A DNA stretch of 64,000 nucleotides from Cirrosporium novae-zelandiae (taxonomy: Eukaryota), in assembly GCA_026023565.1 (NCBI GenBank), contig JAPETS010000005.1, positions 682,001-746,000 on the forward strand, in the 5' to 3' direction. The notes beneath the pieces were generated by a model. The model did not search any database. It saw only the letters and a list, made by a program, of their open reading frames with translations, and was not told where the DNA came from. Of the stretch, positions 13,808 through 24,399 are shown piece after piece (the first letter of the stretch is position 1; each line of letters begins with the position of its first letter). The position numbers and the translations under genes were made by a program.

Positions 13808-16800
13808 ATGGCTGCTACTACCAAGTTTACCGCCGATGAAACGCGGCGTACAACTCTGTCTCCCAGACCCAAAGGACGCGGTAGGCGCAATATCCTTCCT
13901 CGATACCCTTCGCATTTCCTTCATTACGTACCTCCTTTAGCTATCACCTATCAAGACATTGCAACAACTGCAAGATCAAAGTAGTGAATATACAAAGAAA
14001 AAAACTGACATAGATTCGGGGATAGAGAACGCAAAGAATACACTTTGTCGAAATATCACAATATATGGCCACTGTCGATGGGAGGACAAAGGTATTATCT
14101 TCTGAATAAACGTATATCTACAGTCAGTTTTGCTGAGCTAGACATAGGGTGTGCTTTTAACCACGATCCTTCTAAGGTGCAGACATCTCAATCTGCTGAT
14201 CGGTATATTCATAATATTCCCATAGGAGAGGCCAACTTGAGATGCTAAAATATATATAGTAACAGAAAGCGGTTAAACGTCGACTCTCCAAGTTTTACCC
14301 CGGCCTTACTCTCATCACCCACCTCGAACACAATCAAGAAAACTACTACTATCTCACCCAAGGCAGCCAGTGCTGCTCCTTTTCAACCGAAGACATCCGG
14401 AGGTAATTCTTATCCAAATACGCCAATCGCGGAAATAGTAACATAAAGGTGACAGAAAATGTAGCGTCAGGACTTACTACACCAAAATCGACCTCGTGGA
14501 GCGTTCATGATGTTACAGAATTCCAACCGCAGGCATTTGAATCCCTCTCTTTGGTAAGATATTTTCATAGATGTTCTCCCTTTTATTCAGATTTCTGTAT
14601 TTTATTCGACTTTCCGGTCCGACGAGTTGGGTAAATACTCCTAAACCTGGACCATGTATTGGCCATAAGGACTTCCAAGCTGGTTAATAGGACCATGGCA
14701 TAGCCTACAATCCCCGGGATCACATACCAGGTGCTTGTTTTAGAATGAAATTGCTATATGGATTGAAGACCAATAAACAACAATATTTCTCGTGGATTCT
14801 AGATGTTCTAATCTGGACTCGATATTTGAATAGATGATCATCGACATGCCTACTCTCAAAACTACGAAATGTACCATTCAAGATAGGGGTTCTTATTTCT
14901 AGAAGCCTATATCATCCATGTTTTATTTGACGCTTCAAACATAAAATGTCAGGATAGGTTGAGACCTAGGCCTATTTTCTTGGATGTATTTTTCCTATGA
15001 CTCGAATGAACTATTTCGGCGTGAGATTGTTATCCCTTGACATTCTGTGCAGTGACAGTTTTCAAGTTTTTGAAAGTCCAACCTATGATCGTCTCTCTAG
15101 AAACATGCCTGGCTATAGTGGGATCGTACTTCTACGTTGGTCAAACTACATTTGCGTCGCGCCCCATCCTCTTACTTTCATATGATTGTCTTGTGCGCAA
15201 ACCTCGATATGTGTACCAGGCTAAGCTTTACTACAGGGAAATGGTCCAAATGCTCTCGCTGTTAACTCATACGACCCTTTTACTACTACACCACTTGCAA
15301 CCCCCTCAAACGGTATTACTCGTCAGACGCAATCAAGTTTAAACTTATATCAAGATGCGTCATCTTTAGCTCCATCTGCTTTCTACTCCAACCCGAACAG
15401 CTACCAAATGCCGGTAGGCTCCCTGATATGAGTTGTCCTGCTAGTCACCCTAATCAAGATAATCTAGGCACAATACCACCTTTACGCCCCGTGGGGCCCA
15501 TACAAAGAAAGATTACAATCATTTCAAAAGCCAGTTCGTGACTTTTTTATCCCGGATAATCTCCGAGAAGAGTTAGAAAAAAAGAACCACGCTGCTCTTC
15601 AAGTTCTTCCTAACCTTACACTTCGAATTGATCCCTATCATACTCTCGTTCCCCTTGACACGAACAATATACGAAATGCCACTTTATTCGGATATCCAAG
15701 CTGGGTCTACAAAGCAATATCAAGCAACGACGGGAAAACATATGCTATACGAAGAATCGAAGGTATTTAATTAAGAAACCTACATTACATTCTCTCCTAA
15801 CAGGCCTAGGTTTTCGTATGACCAATGACAAAGCCATTCGGCCAATGCATACATGGAAACGTATCGTGAACAGCAGCATAGTAACAGTACATGAAGCTTT
15901 CACCACGCGCGCTTTTGGAGACAGTTCTCTATTATTCGTAACCGATTTTCATCCATTAAGCAAGACCCTTACGGAAGCCCATTTCGGCCCTCCTCTCCAC
16001 CGATACCAAGGTCGCAATCTAAGCAGTAATCATGTCCCTGAACAGGTTCTTTGGGCATATATTGTCCAGATGGCTTCTGCTCTATCTGCTATCCATAGCA
16101 ATAACCTAGCCGCAAGAATAATAGACCCTTCAAAGATCCTTTTGTCGGAAAGGAATCGGATTCGACTTAACGCCTGCGCTATTCTGGATGTAGTCCAATA
16201 TGAGACCCAACCAAACATCCAGCAGCTTCAACAACATGACTTTGTGCTCCTGGGAAGATTGATTCTTGCCATAGGAAGTAACAATATTAACCCTATGCAG
16301 AATCTTCAGAAGGCCCAAGAGCAGTTTAGCCGTTACTATACCGCGACACTTACTGCCACGGTGTCTACACTTATGGATGAGAGTCAGCAGAAGGATCCGT
16401 CCACCCTGATTCAACATCTATCAATACATACCCTAAGTAATTTCGACAGTACCCTTCATTTCAACGACCAATTAAACAGTGAACTGAGTCGCGAAATCGA
16501 GAACGGACGGCTCTTACGACTGATGACTAAACTGAATTTCATAAACGAGCGGCCCGAATATGAGCATGATATGCAATGGTCGGAACATGGGACGCGATAT
16601 TTTATAAAACTCTTTCGTGACTACGTTTTTCATCAGGTGGATGCGCAGGGGAACCCATCAGTAGATATGGGCCATGTTCTGCTGTGCATGAATAAACTTG
16701 ATGCGGGAGTGGAAGAAAAGGTAGAATTGGTGAGCCGGGACTCGCAGAGTTCTTTTATCGTCAGCTACCGAGAATTGAAGACGGAGATTGAGAGGGCTTT

Positions 16801-16837
16801 CCAGGAGCTCCTGAAGCCGAGCAGAGCGACACATTAG
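13808..16837 (+). CDS. PAN3: PAN2-PAN3 deadenylase subunit Pan3; about 8 coding exons, including a 683-nt intron at 14554-15236
   Basis: Spliced CCCH finger 'CRNITIYGHCRWEDKGCAFNH', PAM2-like 'LNVDSPSFTP' and pseudokinase 'HEAFTTRAFGDSSLLFVTDFHP'. C-terminal motifs 'ELSREIENGRLLRLMTKLNFINERPE' and 'LFRDYVFHQVD'. Confidence 0.93.
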
Positions 16838-17299
16838 ACTCAACATGTGTCTACATGAGAAGCAGGATAACGTGGAAATTATGTTTAAGTGGTGATGTGG
16901 AAGGCCTAAATACACGGGGATGAGTATATGGAGATAAGAAGATTAAACGCAAAAACGAAAGCTTGACTACACTTGAGCAAGCTTATAATCCAAGAAATTC
17001 GATATAGAATTGATTCATTATCATCATCTCTAACGTACGCTTTTATGCTTATTTCGTTGCAGGAAGGTTGTTTAACCTAGTCCAGCTTCTTCAATTCATA
17101 GTCGGCTGCTAAACTGTGGAGTGCATGACTATGATCAGGTATCCTAGTTTTCCATGTCTCGTGTAAAGCTTGTGATGCTATAGCCCTTTGTTCCATCGTC
17201 AAGCATGTTTTTACTCCACCAAGAGTGGCCTGTTAAGCTTAACTCGACGACAGCGTTAGTATACCGGTCGGAGAGTGTCTGGGGAGAGTAGTATTTCTC

Positions 17300-17828
17300 T
17301 CATTCCTCGGGCGCGACAAAAGGATTTGGTATATCTTCAGTGCCATCAACGGGGGAAATAAGAACGAGGAGGGTACCGCGGGCGACCGTGAGACCCAAAG
17401 GTCGAGAAGACTCATTACCTTCGTCGTCTATAGAAATACCATTAGCACTAGAGATAGTATTAGTAACAAAAATGGAGGTGTTTACCTCTCATAAGCTCCT
17501 TTGCTTCATCAAGAACCAGGTTCATAAGCTGGTCGTAGCCTTTCAAGGTGCCGATAACTGTGAGGAAAGTATTGAGTTTCTCCTCTGGGGCAAAACAAGA
17601 AGGCAGCAGTAGTGAAATAGGCTTACCTTCTCTCCCGCCATTGAACTTGACGTTGATCTCCTTATCCATGTACTTGCTGAGGTCGAGAATATTTTCTTTT
17701 TTTGGTTTCTCATGATGCTGTTGGCCACCGTGGGCCCCTCCTCTGGCGCCTCCGCGGGCATCTCGGTGTGGGCCATCTCCTCGGTTACCACCACCACGAC
17801 CGCCACGAAATGAGGTGCGTTCGGACAT
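17300..17828 (-). CDS. LSM7: Sm-like protein Lsm7; exons ~17828-17627, 17557-17486, 17427-17300
   Basis: RGG-rich N-terminus, then 'KPKKENILDLSKYMDKEINVKFNGGRE|VIGTLKGYDQLMNLVLDE..|..RPLGLTVARGTLLVLISPVDGTEDIPNPF'. Confidence 0.95.
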
Positions 17829-18588
17829 AGGAACTCATGGACGATTGGTAAAAAATAATGGGAAATTCAAGGTCCAAGGGTAAGTGGAGGGTAGGAAACA
17901 GGAAGATGGGGGTGGGGGGGGGATAAATTTTCTTGGGGGGGTTGTGATATTATGATTGGAAGCTCATTGAGTGGGTGGTGGGGGGTGGAGAGGGTAGTTT
18001 TTTGGGCGTTTTCTGAAAAGGGAACAGTTCCCAGGGTAGCGAACAAGCAAGGCGAGCGATAATTCTGCCGTTCTACCACTGCCACTCTGCCTCGACAGCC
18101 GACCGTCCGGCAGCCAAAAAAGTTGGGGGGGGGGGGGAAATATACGCACACCAACCACATACACCACCGGGAATGTAGGTAAGTCAACATAGGAATGTTC
18201 AATTCCTTTTAAGGTGTATTATATTATTCAAGGTTACTTTATACTATCGGTACCTTTCATTAAAATCCAAATTCCCCAATAAAAATATCTCTTTTCTATT
18301 TTATTACAATAATTACCATCGACCATTACAATGCATTACACCTAACCGTTGCTCCTCCTGTGGCGGAGGGGGTGTGGGCGATCGGGCTCCCAACCCATGA
18401 CCGTGAAATCCTCCCGCCGCATTGAGAAACCCACAGACAAAAGAAGGCAGGCCTACTCCGCTGTAGCGGAAAATAGGCCTTCCCCTCAACTTCTTGTCCA
18501 TCCTCACATCCTTTCCCTCCATCTTTGAATCATGCTTCTCTACTTCTGTCTACCATCACCGCTTTGAATTCATCAATATCCATCAAAA

Positions 18589-18697
18589 GTGAGTTAGTCG
18601 ATTATTCCGCTTTCCGCTATTTTCCGCTCTATCCGTTTGCAAGGGACACGACACCCGAAATCATTCCCATCAACTCATTACTGACCTAAATCACCAG
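18589..18697 (+). other. Probable 5'-UTR intron of the downstream Zn-cluster gene
   Basis: GTGAGT donor at 18589, CTGAC branch point, CAG acceptor at 18697, 36 nt before the ATG at 18734. Confidence 0.6.
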
Positions 18698-18733
18698 GTC
18701 GTCCTGAGCGACATTGTTCGCAGCATATCCGCC

Positions 18734-20616
18734 ATGGAATCCAACTCGGTATCAACGCAAGATGCAATAACCATTCCAACCGAGAAGCGCAAACGCTCTC
18801 TCTCGGGTGATCTACCACCTCCACCTCCAAAAGTTGCCAAAACATCCAATCATCCTCCCATCAACTATCTCGCTCGCCAGTATGACCAGATAATTGGTCT
18901 CGTCAATCCAGATCATACCCTTCCCGAGATACTCCGCTACATCGCGGACTATGACGGAGTGCTCCATCGCCATGAAAGCCTCGCCGCGAATCTTGGGGCC
19001 AGGCCTCTGGGGCCTATCTTGGTGACGCGATTCGAGCGGCTTTTCGATGGACCACCAAGGATACTCAAATGCCACGGGAAAGAAGGAACCACCGTCAGCT
19101 GGCTTGACGTGGTTGACTTCGCGAAGAATAAACCTGAACAGTTCAACCTCGAGAAAACGCGAGACTCGGTGCGCGTTTGTCAATTCTATACCAAACAGTG
19201 TCGCGTTGAGATATCAGAAGATGATTTCTATTTGGTCGCATCTGGCATGCCCCAGAGGATAATACCCCCACAGCCTATCGTGGAAGATGAAGAAAAGGAA
19301 TTGGGTATTATCGAGCTCCTTGAACAAAAGCTTTCCCAGATATATCAACTAGCCGATCAAGGTCTGTTTCTCTTAACCTGCATCGTTGCTCACAGAGTCA
19401 CTAACTGTTTCCAGTTTCTGCACGTGCTCGACAGCTAAACCATCGCATCAAGAATCGCAAAGCTGCTATAGCTGCCCGGAGAGAAGCAGAGGCTTATCAA
19501 CAAAGTAAAGAAGCTTCGGTAGCTGCTGCTTCGCCTCAAAATGGAACAAACATGGCTTCAGGGGCAAACGGCACTCCCCAGCAACAGGCGTCCCACTCTC
19601 CTACATCCGGGTTTATCGCAGTCAACGCGCGTCAGCCTCTCAACTCAATCGATCAGCCTACAAATGGTACAAATGGGAACGCCGCTACCAATGGTGCTTC
19701 TCCGCCACTCTCCCGGGCTGAGTGGGCTGCTAAATACTTACCGAAGATTGACCATGCTGCGCTGGAAGAAGAAATTCTACGAACATCTCAGCCATCTAGA
19801 CCCTCGTTCGGAAATAGCTCTGGGATTCGTCCCTCTTCATCTTCTTATCGATCTAATGCTCGCAAGTCCTCAGACTTCAATGACCTTGTTTCCTCTGGTT
19901 CCTCCACCGTCCCCATTCCCCACACGCCTTCCGCGCTCCTTCCCTCTCAACCTTCGAACTATCGCCCTTCCTCCAACTCATCAATACCAGATGACGGCCC
20001 CTTTAAACTTGAGATGGTCCGTCGTATGGACCGCTTGCAGCGCGGTGATCGTGTAATTCCCCCGTGCGATCGCTGCAGACGACTTCACATGGACTGCCTA
20101 AAAAATTTGACAGCTTGCCTAGGATGTACTCGCAAACATGCGAAGTGCTGCTGGAAAGATGTCAAGGAAGATGAACTCCGTGATACTATGCCTCCTCGGC
20201 CTCAGACAAAGCCTGGAGAGGGAGTGACAGACGAGGAGTTACTTGGTGAAGAGCTCGGGGAAGGTGAAGCTGATGGGGATGGAGGTGATGAGAGCGCAGT
20301 GGCAGACTACGCGAGCTCAAAACCAGCGGATGAGGAGCTCTATCGTGATCGCGAAGAAGAGATTGGGAGTGAACGGCCAGTAGCACAGGCTTCTGTCAGT
20401 GGCAGTCGAAGTCGAGAGAGCTCGGTTAAGGGAATTGGAGTTGGTAGCAATGGCCCCGAAAGACTATCACCAAAAGAATTCATGAGAGACGAAACATTAA
20501 GCTCGTCTACTAATTTGCAAATCCAGAGAGCCGCGCAGCTTGAAGAAAGAAAGAGAGATTTTGAGGACGCACAGCCATCAATTGAGAGAAAACAACCTAT
20601 GGCAGAAACTTTATGA
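18734..20616 (+). CDS. Putative Zn(II)2Cys6 protein with an internal/C-terminal zinc cluster; intron 19362-19414
   Basis: Two ORFs joined in frame by a GT..CTAAC..CAG intron. The motif C-x2-C-x6-C-x6-C-x2-C-x6-C (CDRCRRLHMDCLKNLTACLGCTRKHAKC) lies at 20065-20148. NLS-like 'KRKR' near the N-terminus. Confidence 0.8.
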
Positions 20617-21411
20617 TGAATGAAGGTTGGAGAAATGCTGAGACACATGTTCCCGATAATGAGCACATTTACACCTTAGCCGCAAAGGTGTTGCGTAGGA
20701 GGCTTTAATCGTCTTATACGATCCTTTACGTGCGGAATTTGGCAATTCGCATTTTCTTTTGTCATACGAGAGGTGGGCAGGGGGAGTATTAGGTGTTGCA
20801 TGGAGTTTATCTAAGGGTTGGATATGAACTTCCAACTAGGACGGTATATGAGCGTATGGTCTATTCCTGCACAAATCTCGAAAATAGGGTGGCTCGGTAT
20901 GATGATTTCGAGTTTGCTAATTGTGAAGTCCCAAGGACAAGGGGAGTTGTTTCTAGTTATTGACTTTATCTAAACTACTGGACATGTTCATTTCTTTGAT
21001 ATTTTCCGAGGACCTTGTTTGTAGCTACAGTTTAATAATAATCGAAGTCCCGATTCCAAGCATTTACTTTAAAGTGCGTGCAGGTATGAGTGAAGTTATT
21101 TGCATGGTTTTATATTTCCCGATTCCAGTCGATTTCAGTCCTGTTGGTGGTCTTGGAATCGGAACCAGGGGGAAGTTTTTTTATCTTATCAGCAACCGGC
21201 GGAGATTATGGAAATAAGGGGAGAATGTGGGGGCGGGGTGCTCTTTATTCCCTGAAGGAACTTTCTTCTGAATATCGAATAACTTCTCCCAACTTTTCTA
21301 TAGTTACATATATCTACAGCCTTTCTAATTTCTTCTTTCACAATAATCAAGGGTCTAAAATCAGAGGTGTATTTTAAATCACTTGCTGTTTCATACAACT
21401 AATCACCGGCA

Positions 21412-22835
21412 ATGGCTAACATCCCCATTGCCACCGAATGCGGGAACCCCACGGATCTTCTTCCTGTGCACTTCAAGACCCAGATTACAGAATGGCTAGC
21501 TGAGGACACACCATCATTTGATTACGGTGGTTTCGTTGTCGGTGAGACCAAGGAAACTGCGACATTGTGGGGAAAAAGCGATGTGAGTGGAGTCTGAATA
21601 ATTGGGTTGATATTGGTTTGGTTAAAGGGAAAGAGAATGGACTGATTGACTCAGGATGGGCTTGGGATAATAGGGTGTCCTTGCCGGTGTACCTTTTTTT
21701 GATGAGGTATTCAGGCAGTGCGCTTGCGAGTATGGAGTTTCTTTCTCTTTTCTCTCGGTTTTTCTTGCTTTTGCTTTTTACTTCTTCTCCTAGCATCAAC
21801 GTTATATACAGTTCTGACTCATTTTCATAGAGTCGAATGGCACGTCAGAGAAGGGGCATACATTTCAGTTGCTTCGGGCAAAGTTAAGGTTGCTACGGTC
21901 ACCGGTCCCGCACGTAAGATCCTTCTTGGGGAACGAGTCGGTCTAAATACGTTGGCGCGGTGCTCCGGGATCGCCACAAAGTACGCTTCCTATTCATAAA
22001 CCTCCATTGAAGGTCTGGTGGGCCGAACTAATCACGATGCTAGATCCCGCCGCATGCTCGAACTCGTTCGGAAAGCCGACTACAAAGGGATCCTAGCTGG
22101 AACGCGGAAAACAACACCAGGATTTCGACTGGTGGAGAAATACGGAATGCTAATCGGTGGGATCGACGGCCATCGACATGATCTCAGCAGCATGATTATG
22201 CTCAAAGATAACCACATAGAATCAAAAGGTATAGTTAGAAACCTAGATCAGAATCAGAATATCCATACACCCCAATCCACCTATTTTCCCTTTACCTCCA
22301 CACACACACACACATCCATAAATCCACACATCCATTAATCAACCCAACCCAACTTCCAGGTTCCATAACCTCCGCCATCCGCGCCGCCCGCTCCGTCGGC
22401 GGCTTCGCCCTAAAAATCGAAGTCGAAGTCTCCAACGAAACCGACGCAAATGAAGCCATTGCCGCCGGCGCCGACATTATAATGCTTGATAACTTCTCCG
22501 GCCAGGGCCTCCGAGAAGCTGCAAAATCCCTGAAACAGAAATGGAATGCTGCAGCAGTAGAAGCAGAGCGAAGGAGCTTTTTGTTGGAGTGTTCGGGGGG
22601 GTTGACGGAGGAGAATGTGGGGGGGTATGTTTGTAATGGTGAGTGAGTTAGTGAGAGGGTGTTCTTCTCTTTTTTTTTGTTGTTGAACCTAAGGAATCAA
22701 AATTAAAATCAACATATCAAGGCTAACGCATATATATATTAATTATACACCACAGATATCGACATCATATCCACGAGCTCCGTCCACCAGAGTACCCAAC
22801 ACGTTGATTTTTCTTTGAAGATAAATCCTAGGTGA
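21412..22835 (+). CDS. BNA6: Nicotinate-nucleotide pyrophosphorylase (quinolinate phosphoribosyltransferase); exons 21412-21582, 21674-21729, 21831-21980, 22044-22228, 22360-22638, 22756-22835
   Basis: Motifs '[13 protein letters not shown]', '[13 protein letters not shown]', '[20 protein letters not shown]', '[15 protein letters not shown]', '[15 protein letters not shown]', 'KIEVEV', 'IMLDNF' and 'DFSLKI'. Confidence 0.95.
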
Positions 22836-24399
22836 ATCCGATGGATAATTTTCAATCATTTAATTGTTTGTACGTATGTATGTATCTGTTTATGTATTTA
22901 TGTATCCATCTATTCCATATAGAAAAAAAAAGTCTGTCATCAAAAAATGAATGAAAGAATGATATCAAATTCTGGTGAGAATTACCCTACCCTACTCTAT
23001 TCTGCCTTCCCTTACTATATAGCAAATAGCATATGCTCTCATATGCCTTATATATCCTTACTAGAAATACCCAATAGAAGATCCAAGAAAGCCTCCAATA
23101 AACCCCCCAGTGGAATTACCTACAATGATCATCCAGATCCAGACCCAGGCTTATCCAGTGTCCCGTAGAATACTAATTTCTAATTCCTAGCTATCTATGT
23201 AGTAGGCTACATACAACAATAGAAAAATAAAAAATAAAAAAGTAGAATACTATGTTTCCTACATGTTCTACATAAAATAACCCCCCTAAAAAACAACAAC
23301 AATATAATACATACCAACCAAGTCTTGACTACATATGGTGCGTATGCTACATCCATCCTACACTAAACTAACTACATCAACATCACCAATATCAAAAAAA
23401 AAACCCCTTCACTCCCCCTTTCTAATCTACATCTACATCTCTATTCTCAAATTCTCAAGCTTCCAATTTTCAACTTCAAACTTTATATCCATCCATCCTA
23501 TCTAACTCTAAACTAACCCCTATCCATTGTCCATTGTCCATTACATTTCTCAACCCCCCCCCCAAAAAAGAAAAATAATCTAAGCCATCCAACAAGGACC
23601 ATCCCTCCCCCCTCGTCTTCCTTACCTACCCCTTTATTTCCCCCCTATCTCCCTATCTATCTATCCATGCAGTAAGTTATCCAGTTATCCACATATACAA
23701 AAAACTCTTCATCTCTCTTTTTCTTCTTCTGATAATTCATTTTCTTATTGTCCGCATGTCGGACATCAGGTTTTCTTTTCTTTTCAATTATGTTCATATC
23801 TATATACATAATATGCGATGTGTGATAATGTCATATATTGGTATTTCTCTCTACTCTTTTCTACTCTACTCTAAGGGGAGGGAGGAGTGAGTATGAAATG
23901 AACCGAAGCGAAAAAGAAGAAAAAAAGTCTCATGTATTGGCTATTCTTTACTCTACTCTAGGAGAGTGGTAATGAAGCGAACTGAAGCGAAGAAAAAAAA
24001 AGGAATAAGTATAAAGAATAAGCAGAAGAAGAAAAAATGTCCCATGCATGTTATTGTAGTAACCTAACTAACTAGGGGGGGGGGAATCAAATCCAATCAA
24101 TCCAATCCAATCTCCAATCCAATTCGCCATATTGCTTGCATTCACATCATGCAGAATTCGTATTATTGGTTTTTTTTGTTTCGTTTTATGTGTTTGTGTT
24201 GGTTTGGATATGTACATGTATAAAAAGTGGGGAAGAGAAAAAAATTTGGCACGCTGTTCGTTCTATCTATCATTTCTGTTTGGGGGGTGTTTTCCCCTTC
24301 TTTGATCTTTGATTGTGTGGTTTTGTCAAGGTTGGTGGGGGGGAAATAAAGAGGTGATGTGATGTGATAGGGAAGGTCTTTTTTTTCCCTTTCCTTTCC

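Noticed and set aside
14591..14630. Possible 40-nt cassette exon (TTCAG|...|GTAAAT) in the long PAN3 intron
   Set aside because: The upstream intron would be only ~37 nt with no clear branch point.
19541..20056. 171-aa alternative-frame ORF in the Zn-cluster gene
   Set aside because: Shadow frame of a Ser/Pro-rich exon with no independent support.
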